DNA from: Strigamia acuminata
Taxonomy: Eukaryota
Assembly (NCBI GenBank): GCA_949358305.1
Contig: OX442314.1
Span: forward strand, 29,264,001 to 29,328,000
Direction of reading: 5' to 3'
DNA length: 64,000 bases
The notes under the pieces: generated by a model
Seen by the model: the letters and a program-made list of their open reading frames with translations, nothing else
Database searches by the model: none
What the model was told of the DNA's origin: nothing
Translations under genes and position numbers: made by a program
Shown: positions 10,715 through 22,989 of the stretch, one piece after another
How the letters are laid out: each line of letters begins with the position of its first letter
How positions within the stretch are numbered: the stretch's first letter is position 1

Positions 10715-13700
10715 GCTACTGGGGTAAGAACTAATGTAACATGGAGTAAAATAGCTATGCCAACTGGAACATGCTTTCAATCTGACATAGGTACACATCT
10801 AGACATTTTATATAAATTGTACAAGTACATAAAATATTAATGCGAGAATTATCTTGTTGCAGCACCACGGAAATTTGCCGGAACTGCGTCACTAATATTT
10901 TTTAGTCTACAACCAGTGAAAGATCAAATATGTAATCAGCATGAGTACGAAGTAATGTACACCTATGGCCAAAAAAATCTTCACTTGCTCTCACGCTGCT
11001 CCAGCTCTAAATGAGCAGTTCAATTTTCCGCCACCGGCGGCCAGAGCAGTCTACTTTTCCTGGGGGCAACTGCAAGTTTAAATGCAACTAACACTTAGAT
11101 TTTTAGTGAATTTAAAAGCAAATTTACCATGTTTTTGCACATATTTTAACACGTTTTTGCACACATTTTAACACATTTTTGCACACATTTTGTCACGTTT
11201 TGGCACATATTTTACCATGTTTTTTCACACATTTTACCATGTTTTTGCACACATTGTGCCAAGTTTTTGCACACATTTTGCCACGTTTTGGCACACATTT
11301 TACCACGTTTTCGCACACATTTTGCCAAGTTTTTGCAAACATTTTGCCACGTTTTGCACACATTTTGCCACGTTTTGGCACACATTTTGCCAAGTTTTTG
11401 CACACATTTTACCACGTTGTTGCACACATTTTAACACATTTTTGCACACATTTTGTCACGTTTTGGCACATATTTTACCATGTTTTTTCACACATTTTAC
11501 CACGTTTTTGCACACATTGTGCCAAGTTTTTGCACACATTTTGCCACGTTTTAGCACACATTTTGCCAAGTTTTTGCACACATTTTACCACGTTTTTGCA
11601 CACATTTTAACACATTTTTGCACACATTTTGTCACGTTTTGGCACATATTTTACCATGTTTTTTCACACATTTTATCACGTTTTTGCACACATTTTACCA
11701 CGCTTTTGCACACATTTTGCCACGTTTTGGCACACGTTTTGTCAAGTTTTTGCACACATTGTGCCAAGTTTTTGCACAAATTTTGCCACGGATTTGCACA
11801 CATTTTGGCACACATTGTGCCAAGTTTTGCTACATTTTAATACGTTTTCGCACAAAAATGGTGTTTTTCAACAAAAGTAATGTTTTCAACAGAACAAAAA
11901 TATGTTTTTTTTAGGCCAAAATGGTGTTTTTTAATCAAAAATTGTATTTTTATTTGCTGAAAATAGTGTTTTTGAATTTTAAATTGTTTTTTGCCCAAAA
12001 AGTGTTTTTTTTGCTCAAAAAGTGTTTTTTTTTGCCCGAAAAATGTATTTTTACACCAAAAATATCAAAGATACATGTTATTTTTTTTTACTTCTGATCC
12101 AGTGCCCAATTTTCATAATAAAAGTTAATTTCATTGGCATTTTCTGAAGAAATACTAAAAAACTCATCATGTATTTATATGTATGGCTAGAATTTTTTTT
12201 AGATGTTTTTATATATTTTGCAAGCTTAATTCTCCATTCTTTAGGAAATATTTCATGTTGTTCTCTCACCCCTCCATCCAGAAGTCCAGTTAATCGATTT
12301 TGCTGTTCTACACTTAATTTTGGTGCCATTTTTTGCAAAACAAAGTGTTTAATTCTTTTCCTTTAACCATGTTAGGAGTATGCAAATTTTGTGTGAAGTC
12401 AAGAAAATAAAATACAACAAAAGTTATGATTTATTTTTTATTATATATTCAAAAATTTAATTTACAATAACCTGGTCCTGTTTAAGTGGATTTGGAATGA
12501 TATTTATTTAATGTTCACATCAAACTGTATAGAAGAAGAAATTCATCATAAAAACAAATAATAAACCTGAAAATCTAGTAATAGTTTTATTTTATTGAAA
12601 GAAGCAAATTCTAAAATAAATTTTTTAATTTGAAAAGTTTGTTATTATTTGAAATCACAACTTTTCTTAGGAAACAAAAAAAACGTGGTAAAATGTCGGC
12701 AAAAACTTGGTAAAATGTGTGCAAAAACGTGATAAAATGTGTGCAAAAACTAGGCACAATGTGTGCCAAAACGTGATAAAATGTCTGCAAAAACGTGGTA
12801 AAATGCATGCAAAAACTTGGCAAAATGTGTGCAAATACGTGTTAAAATGTTGCAAAACTTTGGCAAAACGTGTGCCAAAACTTTGCAAAATGTGCGCCAA
12901 AACGTGGCAAAATGTGTGCAAAAACTTGGCATAATGTGTGCCAAAACGTGACAAAATGTGTGCAAAAACATGTTAAAATATGTGCAAAAACTTGGCAAAA
13001 TGTGCGCCAAAACGTGGCAAAATGTGTGCAAAAACTTGGCATAATGTGTGCCAAAACGTGACAAAATGTGTGCAAAAACATGTTAAAATATGTGCAAAAA
13101 CTTGGCAAAATGTGTGCAAAAACGTGTTAAAATGTGGCAAAACTTTGGCAAAACGTGTGCCAAAACGTGGCAAAATGTGTGCAAAAGCGTGGTAAAATGT
13201 GTGCAAAAACGTGTTAAAATATGTGCAAAAACATGGTAAATTTGCTTTTAAATTCACTAAAAATCTAAGTGTTAGTTGCATTTAAACTTGCAGTTGCCCC
13301 CAGGAAAAGTAGACTGCTCTGGCCGCCGGTGGCAGAAAATTGAACTGCTCATTTAGAGCTGTAGCAGTGTGAGAGCAAGTGAAGATTTTTTTGGCCATAG
13401 GTGTACAACTCCTTGCCTAATAAATGGAATATTGGTCAAAATAAAGTTCATGTCATGACCAATTTTCATACAATTTTTAAAAGATAACAAAATAAAGGAA
13501 TGAATCATGGTGTTAAGATATGATTCTACATTCGACCATTATTTAGCTATAATTCAGTTAAAAGAGAACTGGAAAATGTTGTTGCAATTTTAAGTAATCC
13601 GTACGGTAAAAATGACAATATATGTAGGCAAGTGAAGCGCAAAACGGTGCGAATAACACCGGTGGAAGCGTGTATTTAGCACGGAAGGCGCCGTCTCGAC

Positions 13701-16700
13701 CCGAGACGAACGTAACACGGACGTTTTGCCGTGAAAAACAAGTGCGCGTGGCCTAATGCCACTTATCTGCGCAAAAACTATAAACTAAGCACTTATAAAC
13801 GTGCTAGGTTAACTGGCAATGAGTTAAAACAATAAAATATAATGTTTAATCGAAATAATGCTTACATGTAATGTTCCTATTCATTTGAAATGGTTGGAAA
13901 ACATCCTCGCACCTGTGTGCGGCCATCTTGGGTGAGAATAACAAACGATAACACCATCTGGTGTTAGAATTGGGCAATATAAAAAGGAAAATATTACAAG
14001 ATGCATGATGCCACATGCATTTGATGGAAAACTAACAGCAAGGTGCTTAATGCACTTAAATATAACACAATCACGTACAATTGTACGGAATACAACTTGG
14101 AACATATCCAAAATAAGAAATACATTGAAAAGAGTCAATAAAAAGTAAATAACATAATGAATACTGAATAATCATTGATAACATCGACTCAAATAATAAT
14201 TTGTGATCCGTACCGAATCATATGACCAACAAATCCCCCCATGATTCGATACTGATCTGGGAAACTGGATAAACAACTGAAAAAGTAACACGAGAATTAT
14301 GGTGTACCGATGTGTGAAAACCAAAAATAATAAATCGAATCATCGTGCCGGGTACTGTAACACAATCACAATAAAGCCCGAAAATTCCCACAGAACACGA
14401 CGATCCTCGAAGTCGGTAGAATAATTTAAGAATGTCTTAGTCGGTTAAAGTTGAAAAATCCCTCCAATCAGTTTGTTAAGACGGTCGGACGACAGCCATT
14501 TGGTAAAAATGTCTGCAATGTTGACGTCGCCGGGAATTTTTCAAAGTTGAAATCGCTTGGCCACATACCACTCCCTCAACCAATGGTACCTCACGCGAAT
14601 GTGCTTAGTCTTGCTATTCTCGACATCGTTCGACGTGAATTGAATCGATGCGAGAGCGTCGGAGTATACGATTGGCGATGATAAACGATTAAGAAATGGG
14701 AGTTGATGGAATACATGATCGAGCCAGTATAGTTCTTTCACGCATTCCACGAGGGCGATGAATTCAGCCTCCATCGTGGAACACGCTACTGACGATTGCT
14801 TTTTACAGCTCCATCCGATGGGTATGTTGCCAATAAAGGTAATGAAACCGCCGAAACTCAGAGATGTTGCGGTGTCGGAGGCCCACGAAGCGTCGGTACA
14901 TGCCCAAAGTTGGCTCGAGTTGCATCCGGAAAGTTCGATCATGTAGTCGGCCGTATTTGCTACGTATCTCAAAACTTGAAGTAATGCCCGAATATGTGAT
15001 TCATCGTAGCAGTTGTTGTATTGGGACAAAGCGATGATCGAATACAAAATGTCCGGACGTGTTCTTGAAGCCAAAAAGAGTAATGATCCGATTAGCGAGC
15101 GGTATGGAAAATCTGGTAAATTTTCCTTCGATCCTTTCACGAGCGTCGTTCCTACTGTGACCGGAACTTTGATCATCCGATCCGGTGTGATATCGAACTT
15201 CTTGAGAATTTTTGCAATATATGCACGCTGTGAAATGAAAGTTCGGCCCGCGGATCTAATAAACTCTACGCCGAGCAACTTCGAAATGGGTCCGAGATTG
15301 ACGATTTGAAATTTCGTTGAGATCAATTGAATAAGGTGCGTTAAGACGTTGTCGGTTGCGTAGAATAAAACTATATCGTCCACGTAGACTAGCATAATAG
15401 CCGATTTCCCGAATACGTAAACGCAGTTGCACGCCGGTAATTTGCGGAAACCGAGTGCACGAAGAGTCTCATCAAGCTTTTCATACCATTGTCGGCCTAA
15501 TTGGTGAAGGCCGTACAATGACTTGATCAATAACCAGACGTTGTTCGGGTTCGAGCAAGTAGCGCCGGCTGGAATTCGCATGTAGACGCGATGTTCGAGG
15601 TCCCCGTATAGGTATGCGCACTTTACATCCAAGTGCGCATCCTTCCATCCGAGTAGAGAGACGAGGAGACAAAAGAAGAATCGAATCAATACAAAATTAA
15701 CGACGGGACTGAAGACTTCATCGTAGTCCACTCCAAGCGTCTGGCGAAAGCCTTGTGCGACAAGTCGGGCTCGATAACGAGAAATCTTCCCGGTAGTGTC
15801 GGTCTTTAGCTTGAATATCCATTTGCATCCGAGAATCGTAGTGTCGGGCGGTCGTGGTACTTCCTGATAAACCTCACGTTCTTTAAACGTTCCCAACTCC
15901 TCGTCTATGGCTTCACGCCATTTCGGTGCATCGTGGAATTTTGGAATTTCGGCGAAAGATGCGGGTTCCGTTCGACAGAAATGAGCCACATGTCTGGCAG
16001 GGATCGTAGGCGTAGTATATTCAATACTGCCAAAGAAAAAGAGTTCCGGATTATATTCGAGATGATTAAATTGACAATATTTCTCGATGTCCCCGCGTGA
16101 ACGTAGTCGCACATCCGGTTCCGGGAAATAATATACATCGGTGTCAATCTTTCCGGGTCTCTGATCCTTGCGGAGATGTTCTTCACGTCTCCAACGTGCG
16201 CAATGCGAATCTCCCCCGACATATCTCCATATGTGAGCGGTCCTGTGTGCAGATGTAGGTGCTACTTCAGTCCCTTCAGTTCCTTGGAGGGGAGCTGGGG
16301 ACATAGGGGCAGCATCGAAGACCGGTATCGTATGTTGGAGAACGGAGGTACCCGCTCTTCTTCGTGTCGTCACGAATCTGCGTGGAGAACCAGGTTGAGA
16401 CACTGGGGGTGATGTTTGAGGTGAAGTTTGTGGTGACATGTGAGGAGAAGTGTAGTTAGACATTGGCACGAGAGAAACTTCATCGATATCATCAATGTCC
16501 CGATCCGTGTCATCACCTAGATTGCTGTCGGAACTCGGCAATCTCAAAGCACACGCTTCTTGAAATTGACGTTCCGGTGTCTGGAATTGTGCAGATGCAG
16601 CCGAACTCGAACTCTCTTCTAGAGGAGGCATGTCAGATTCTTCATCTGACGACGAGCTGCCATCTTCCGAATCTGCTGTTTTCGACCAGCGGACATATGT

Positions 16701-19700
16701 GATGTTATCGTCGAAATTGACATGAGGTCCAGATTGGTTAGGTGGACGTTGGGGCGACTCGAAAGATGTTCGGTTCCCGTTGCGCAATGATTTGCGGTAA
16801 GTAATTCGTTCGTCGATCTTTACGTGTATGGATTCGACGACTTTATTATCAACGGGATTCCAAATACGATAACCACGAGTACCAGTGGCGTATCCGACCA
16901 AATATCCCTCCCATGCACGTGCTTCGAACTTATTCCTGCCCGGTGCAGTGTAATGCACCCAGCATTTGGATCCGAGTTTACGAAGGTGACGGAGAGACAA
17001 TGCACGTTGACGCCAAAGAATATACGGTACTTCGTTCTTAAGACGGGAATGAGGCGATCGATTTTTGAGATATGCGAAAGTCACTGCGAATTCGGCCCAA
17101 AGTTCATCCGGAAGGCGGGTTTCCTCAAGAGTTGCACGAACATTATCGATCATCGTGCGGTTAATGCGCTCTGCCGTTCCGTTCATCTGAGGGCTCGATG
17201 GATTAGTCCGTTGACCTTCAATTCCCTTATCTTTGAGGTATCGGAGGAACTCGTTTGACATAAATTCCCCCCCTCGGTCGGAACGAATAGCTTTGATGCG
17301 TGTGCCGGCGACGTTTTCGATCCGAGCGACAAAGTCTTTAAACACACCAAAAACCTGTGACTTTTGGGCCATCGGGATGATCCAAGAATAGCGGGTCGCA
17401 TCATCGATAACAGTAAGAACGTAGCGTGCACCGCCAAAAGAAGTCATAGGCGCCGGTCCCCACACGTCCATATGGAGCAGATCCAACGCCGTTGTTGAAA
17501 CAGGATGTGGATCGGGTTTATGAGACGCACGAATAGATTTGGCGATACGACAATGGTTGCAAGCCAACTCTTTGGAGACTTCTCCGGATTCGACGCCATA
17601 AACTTGTTCGTTGGCAGCCAAAAGGCGCATTGCAGCCGTGTGTAAATGTCCAAGACGGCTATGCCAAATGCCCGTCGCATCCTGCTTGGACGTAGGAGCG
17701 GCCACCTTCTTCGGATTTGACGGCGAAGAGGTGTTCGGAGGGGAAGTCGAGGAGATTGACTTGAGGGCATTGGTATAGGACTGGAGAGGAGGAACGGCTG
17801 CGGGAGGAAGTGATGTAGAAGGAGGTAAAGGAGGTGAAGTCGACTGCGGTGCAGGAATGGCATCAGGAATGGGCGGAATTGGGGTCGGCGGAGGTGAGTT
17901 CGCAACGTCGAATCGAAAATCCGTAATGTGTCGAGGTTGAGACTTCTTCTTCGACTTCGGGATTTTGACAAAATCTTCCTCGACGGTAACCATTGTTCGT
18001 ACCGGAGGGGTTTGTGAGGAAGTCGGCGGCGGAACAGTCGAAACAGTCGTAGAAATCGTCGCAGAAGAACATAAGCCATCGACATAGTAAAGTCCACCCT
18101 TTTCCTTAGCACGTAGCACCGGACAACGAGCGTCTGTCTGATATATGTTGACTTCTCCTTTAAAAATATGAATATGATGTTCGTTTTTATCGATCTTCGA
18201 AACGGAGATAAGGTTGGCCTCGAAGTTTGGAGCAAAAAGGACATCTCGAAGGTTAACGATGCACTCGCATCCATCGATGAGCGTTTGAATGCGAACCGTG
18301 CCTTTGCCGGTGACCTGAGAATGGCCCTGTCCGAGTTCGATGTCGAAAGGCACAACTGTCACAAAGTCGACAAACCACGACTGCACGTGTGAAACGTGGT
18401 CGGTTGCCCCGCAGTCTACAATCCATTCATGGCCTTGCATGAAATGCACCGTCGGAGATTGAACCAGATGCGGAGGGGCGTTCACGAAAAAGTTCGATTC
18501 TCTTCGGACTTGAGAATTGCCTCGTGGTTTACCGTCTGCCGGTTTCGAAGCGGTGTTCTTGTTGCGGCGTCGGCTCTTACTTCGCGACGGACGTTGCAGA
18601 GATACAGCCGGAAGTGGTTGGCGATTGTCCTGTCGCGGTTTAGGGCACTTATTAGCGTAGTGTCCTTTTTCGCCGCAATTAAAGCATGTCACGGATTCAA
18701 TTGGACGGGGTGTTCGGTTTCGATTACGACCACGGTCCGATGCGTAGGCAGATGAGTTACCGGAAGTATCACGTGAAGAATATGTCTTAAGACGCATATA
18801 CTTCGAAAGGAGCTGATCCGAGACGATGTTAGGTTTGAATTTGTCGTCATCCCAGTGGTAAATGGCGAAGGAAACTTGAGAATATTCGGGAGGTAACATG
18901 TCCAAATATTGATAAGCTTGGTGGTCGGGTGAAACTATTTCTCCGATGTCGGTGAGTTTGCGGACGTGGTAGTCCACCCGGCCAAGGAAATCAGCCATTT
19001 CTTCGTTTTTGTCGATATGAAGATTGAGGAATTCTCGTCGAAGAGCGGCTTTGCGCGCGCGGGAACTGGGCGCGTAGATTTTGGCTAATGCGTCCCAGCC
19101 TTCCTTCGGGGTTTTGACAGAATCGAGGGCTGATTTCTTCGCTTCACTCAAATGAATGTAAAGCAGACCCAAAGCTTTATCCTTTTTTCTTTGAAATTTG
19201 AGTTTCTCCTTTTCGGTGGCCGTAACAAGAAAGTCTTTTTCATTTTCTTCGGTGATGTGGTGCCAAAGCCCCTCAGCTTTGAGGAGCATTCGCATCGATC
19301 GCGACCACATCTCGTAGTTGCCGATGGCGAGTATCGGTACGTGACCACCGGGAGTATTCGAGCCTTTCTGCATCGTGATGAAGACGAAGGCACAAACGCG
19401 GAGATAAACTAGTGTTGGGAGTGGCGATGTCGGCGATAAGCGATAAATCGAAGCACGAAAACCGACGAAATAGCACTAAAACGGCGCACAAAACACGGAT
19501 TCCGTAGCACAAACACGACACGGCACTGTTCCCACGTGGATCGAAGCGGAATACCAAAAATGGGCGACAACTTCTGAAGTTGTCAAATAACCTCCGGTTG
19601 CCAGTCTGAGAGGGTCCGTTCGACTGCCTGGAGCCGCGGGAAACCTCACTTGTACCACGACAAGCACAACCGGAGAATACAACGGCGCTTACTCGGATTC

Positions 19701-22254
19701 GAGTGAAGGGCGCCGAGGATACTAAGTGTCCCACACCAAAATCCCCCTTAAAAACTAACAAAGGTAATACGACTACTGAAAGGGAAGTATTGATTAATTC
19801 GGTGCGGTGAAAAACCGATTGATGTGCGATTATTTGGCCAAATCGCATTTGATCGCCGAAAAAGCGATAAATCGTCGAAAATCGATATAAATCGTCGATA
19901 CTGCCGTGCACCGGGGCACTAAGCAGCGGGAATCGCCCGTTTCTAGTGGTAAACGTCGCGAAGACGTTGTCGTACAAGGAAAATCGGCGAAAAACCTGAA
20001 AAATATGAAATTTGCCGGAAAATTCGCGTAGCCCGCGGAATTTTCGGCAAAATTAAGGAATGAGGCGTCGTAAGAACGTCGAATCAACGTCGCTAAGACG
20101 TTGGCAAGACGAAAATCGGTGGAAAATAGTGACGAAAATCTGAAAATAGATAAATGCTGCAAAAATTCGCGATAAACGCGAAAATTTTGCAGTAAATTAA
20201 CGAAAATTGCACAGTGGATCGTCTCCAGCGCTCTGCTACCACTTGTAGGCAAGTGAAGCGCAAAACGGTGCGAATAACACCGGTGGAAGCGTGTATTTAG
20301 CACGGAAGGCGCCGTCTCGACCCGAGACGAACGTAACACGGACGTTTTGCCGTGAAAAACAAGTGCGCGTGGCCTAATGCCACTTATCTGCGCAAAAACT
20401 ATAAACTAAGCACTTATAAACGTGCTAGGTTAACTGGCAATGAGTTAAAACAATAAAATATAATGTTTAATCGAAATAATGCTTACATGTAATGTTCCTA
20501 TTCATTTGAAATGGTTGGAAAACATCCTCGCACCTGTGTGCGGCCATCTTGGGTGAGAATAACAAACGATAACACCATCTGGTGTTAGAATTGGGCAATA
20601 TAAAAAGGAAAATATTACAAGATGCATGATGCCACATGCATTTGATGGAAAACTAACAGCAAGGTGCTTAATGCACTTAAATATAACACAATCACGTACA
20701 ATTGTACGGAATACAACTTGGAACATATCCAAAATAAGAAATACATTGAAAAGAGTCAATAAAAAGTAAATAACATAATGAATACTGAATAATCATTGAT
20801 AACATCGACTCAAATAATAATTTGTGATCCGTACCGAATCATATGACCAACAATATAAAGATGGAATATTCAATTCAAAAAATCTGGTAGAATAGTAGCT
20901 ACCAATATCTGCAATTCCAGATCTTAATCAAACTGACCACAAGACTAAACAGATCAGTGTGCCAACTTTTCTGGCATCATGTACGATGTCTTGATCAATT
21001 GTCTAATAGTCCTGCAGTACAGATTGGTTAGGGTGACTGTACTTTATAATATTTTTCACCACTGAGAGTATGTGAAAAACGTAACGTAATATACGTTTTA
21101 GGGAAAGTCATAGTTAACGGTAAACTGCTTAGATAAATGGGTTCAATGGTGTAAATAGCCCAGCATTTCTACTGTGGTTATGTTTAGTTACATGTGTTAA
21201 TGTAGAAATTGTTTGTAATTGTAATTTCTTTTGTAGATATACTTTCAACAAAATGATGCTGAAATACCATCAATTCTCAGAAGTAGAAGAAGTGTTGTAG
21301 ATAACACCTTTGTCGTTATTCATTTTAAAATGATTAAAGTAATACATCAGTTTATTACATATACACTTTTCAAACATTTGCTCTATTTTAGACCGTTCGA
21401 TTAAACTTACGAGCACAACCTTGTTTTGACCATGACAAATACAAACAATGCCAGGATGATTGTTACAAAAAAATGATTTATAATTTTGTTCGATGCAAGT
21501 GAGTCATAATTCTTTACAATTGAATGTGAGCATGTTGTTGCTTGGGCCCTCAAAATACAGGAGTTCTAGAGTTAGAAATAAAAATTCTCTACCAGAGTTC
21601 AGGGAGTGCGGACTGCACTGGCTTACACCATCAATCAGGGTGACATCACAATGCAAAATAAGACTGTCGTGTGTCTATCTCAAATTCTATTGTTATTATT
21701 TTAGTCCCTTGTAAATTTAGAATCTAAATTTACAAACATTACTAAAGTTTCTGTATGGGCTGGTACAAGAGGACTCGGAGGAGGTCCATGGGGAAAGTCG
21801 AAGGGGGTGACACCATGAGTTACTGCACCGGGTTGTAATAAGTTTTTATAATTTTAGGCTACCATTTTTGCATAATGCAACAAATAATACCTGTTCAAAT
21901 GCTGAGGAAGCAATTTTTTCATTACAACTATTCATGAAGAATTCCATAAAAGTTGACGTAACGAAAGACTGTGGATGTCATCCTCCTTGCGAAGAACAAA
22001 TATTTGACACTTACGTTTACTTGCAACATCCTAAAGCATTTCCACTCAAAGTTCTTGCTATAAGTCCAATCAATAATATAATTGAACAGATTACTCAAAT
22101 ATTATCCTACACTGCAGTTGCATTGTGTTGCGATATTGGAAATTCTTTTGCACTAATGCTTGGACTTTCAATTCTTGCAATTCCAGAATTATTTCAAAAT
22201 ATAGTAAATCAGTTTATGGTACTCCGGCAGTGGCATAACTGCCGGACGCTGTAA
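10715..22254 (+). CDS. DEG/ENaC (ASIC/pickpocket-family) gene, last 5 exons; paralogue of the second repeat of the 30976-35596 gene
   Basis: Exons 10715-10790, 10863-10951, 21237-21338, 21392-21498, 21858-22254 have GT/AG ends and the same phases and nearly the same sizes as in the paralogue. Motifs: TGTCF, CGCHPPCEE, TM2 DIGNSFALMLGLSILAIPE. The 5' exons were not found in the window. Confidence 0.85.
10960..13403 (-). mobile_element. Tc1/mariner-type non-autonomous element with foldback-like long inverted arms made of ~22-bp tandem repeats
   Basis: TA|CACCTATGGCCAAAA...TTTTGGCCATAGGTG|TA. About 165 bp of unique TIR, then inverted arrays (11125-11860 and 12680-13240). Central possible transposase N-terminal remnant MAPKLSVEQQNRLTGLLDGG. 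Confidence 0.8.
14541..19373 (-). CDS. Copia Gag-Pol (knuckle, PR, GAG-pre-integrase, IN, MBD, RT, RNase H); in-frame TGA just before ADIFTK
   Basis: CFNCGEKGHYANKC; WIVDCGATDH; WHSRLGH; LLHMDVWGP, SDRGGEF and ERINR; YVDDI; TDASWA. Reading continues KIPGDVNIADIFTK after the stop. Confidence 0.95.
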   Translation of the reverse strand: MQKGSNTPGGHVPILAIGNYEMWSRSMRMLLKAEGLWHHITEENEKDFLVTATEKEKLKFQRKKDKALGLLYIHLSEAKKSALDSVKTPKEGWDALAKIYAPSSRARKAALRREFLNLHIDKNEEMADFLGRVDYHVRKLTDIGEIVSPDHQAYQYLDMLPPEYSQVSFAIYHWDDDKFKPNIVSDQLLSKYMRLKTYSSRDTSGNSSAYASDRGRNRNRTPRPIESVTCFNCGEKGHYANKCPKPRQDNRQPLPAVSLQRPSRSKSRRRNKNTASKPADGKPRGNSQVRRESNFFVNAPPHLVQSPTVHFMQGHEWIVDCGATDHVSHVQSWFVDFVTVVPFDIELGQGHSQVTGKGTVRIQTLIDGCECIVNLRDVLFAPNFEANLISVSKIDKNEHHIHIFKGEVNIYQTDARCPVLRAKEKGGLYYVDGLCSSATISTTVSTVPPPTSSQTPPVRTMVTVEEDFVKIPKSKKKSQPRHITDFRFDVANSPPPTPIPPIPDAIPAPQSTSPPLPPSTSLPPAAVPPLQSYTNALKSISSTSPPNTSSPSNPKKVAAPTSKQDATGIWHSRLGHLHTAAMRLLAANEQVYGVESGEVSKELACNHCRIAKSIRASHKPDPHPVSTTALDLLHMDVWGPAPMTSFGGARYVLTVIDDATRYSWIIPMAQKSQVFGVFKDFVARIENVAGTRIKAIRSDRGGEFMSNEFLRYLKDKGIEGQRTNPSSPQMNGTAERINRTMIDNVRATLEETRLPDELWAEFAVTFAYLKNRSPHSRLKNEVPYILWRQRALSLRHLRKLGSKCWVHYTAPGRNKFEARAWEGYLVGYATGTRGYRIWNPVDNKVVESIHVKIDERITYRKSLRNGNRTSFESPQRPPNQSGPHVNFDDNITYVRWSKTADSEDGSSSSDEESDMPPLEESSSSAASAQFQTPERQFQEACALRLPSSDSNLGDDTDRDIDDIDEVSLVPMSNYTSPHMSPQTSPQTSPPVSQPGSPRRFVTTRRRAGTSVLQHTIPVFDAAPMSPAPLQGTEGTEVAPTSAHRTAHIWRYVGGDSHCARWRREEHLRKDQRPGKIDTDVYYFPEPDVRLRSRGDIEKYCQFNHLEYNPELFFFGSIEYTTPTIPARHVAHFCRTEPASFAEIPKFHDAPKWREAIDEELGTFKEREVYQEVPRPPDTTILGCKWIFKLKTDTTGKISRYRARLVAQGFRQTLGVDYDEVFSPVVNFVLIRFFFCLLVSLLGWKDAHLDVKCAYLYGDLEHRVYMRIPAGATCSNPNNVWLLIKSLYGLHQLGRQWYEKLDETLRALGFRKLPACNCVYVFGKSAIMLVYVDDIVLFYATDNVLTHLIQLISTKFQIVNLGPISKLLGVEFIRSAGRTFISQRAYIAKILKKFDITPDRMIKVPVTVGTTLVKGSKENLPDFPYRSLIGSLLFLASRTRPDILYSIIALSQYNNCYDESHIRALLQVLRYVANTADYMIELSGCNSSQLWACTDASWASDTATSLSFGGFITFIGNIPIGWSCKKQSSVACSTMEAEFIALVECVKELYWLDHVFHQLPFLNRLSSPIVYSDALASIQFTSNDVENSKTKHIRVRYHWLREWYVAKRFQL
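16029..16200 (-). other. Methyl-CpG-binding domain (MBD) between integrase and RT
   Basis: WRREEHLRKDQRPGKIDTDVYYFPEPDVRLRSRGDIEKY...PELFFF matches the MBD pattern W.R....RK......DVYY..P....RS......Y...F.F. Confidence 0.88.
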
Positions 22255-22754
22255 GGGGCTCCATCTGTAGGGGAAGAAAATAATAAAAAATTTATAAGAA
22301 TAATTTTTATTGATTTTTAATTTCTTATTTTTAAGCCATGTTGAGCAATATATTTTGTGGTACTGGGATTTTTTAATTTTTAATTTTTAACTTTTAATTT
22401 TTTTGTAATGGGAAGGGGTGCTACAGGTGGAGAACATCTTTGATGTCCTTGAGTCAAAAGGTATTAGTAGTTATAGTTAAATTTAGTCAACTTTGTAAAG
22501 TATTTAGCTTTAAATGTAACTTTATAATTAGTAAACACACTTTACAAGCAATTTTCCCATCATATTCCCATATTAAATACACCAGATACTAATTCAGACC
22601 ATCAAATCTGAAATTACCTAAAATGCATCTCTCCAATTAATAATTATAAATTATTTTCACACTGTTTATCTAGTTGCACTGACTGAAAAAATCTGTACGT
22701 TGAAATAGCTACAGTTTTATAATAGGCTCACAACACCCTATTCTTAGAAGTTTG

Positions 22755-22989
22755 ACATTTTACTGTATTACTTCTATAAAACTCGAATTTAACATTTTAC
22801 TGTATTACTTCTATAAAACTCGAATTTAACATTTTACTGTATTACTTCTATAAAACTCGAATTTAACATTTTACTGTATTACTTCTATAAAACTCGAATT
22901 TAACATTTTACTGTATTACTTCTATAAAACTCGAATTTAACATTTTACTGTATTACTTCTATAAAACTCAAATTTAACATTTTACTGTA
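22755..22989. repeat. Minisatellite, 37-bp unit, ~6.3 copies
   Basis: Unit ACATTTTACTGTATTACTTCTATAAAACTCGAATTTA. Confidence 0.9.

Larger units (their letters stand above)
13623..20852 (-). mobile_element. Ty1/Copia LTR retrotransposon carrying an MBD (CopiaMBD-like), full length
   Basis: 609-bp LTRs at 13623-14231 and 20244-20852 (TG..CA, no difference seen by eye); TSD ATATA; PBS TGGTAGCAGAGC (tRNA-iMet, 20230-20241); PPT GGGGGGATT next to the 3' LTR. Confidence 0.97.

Noticed and set aside
11179..13281. Many overlapping His/Phe/Cys-rich ORFs
   Set aside because: They are translations of the ~22-bp tandem arrays, open in several frames on both strands
22755..22989. 37-bp repeats as a CRISPR array
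   Set aside because: Head-to-tail with no spacers, no cas genes, eukaryotic context
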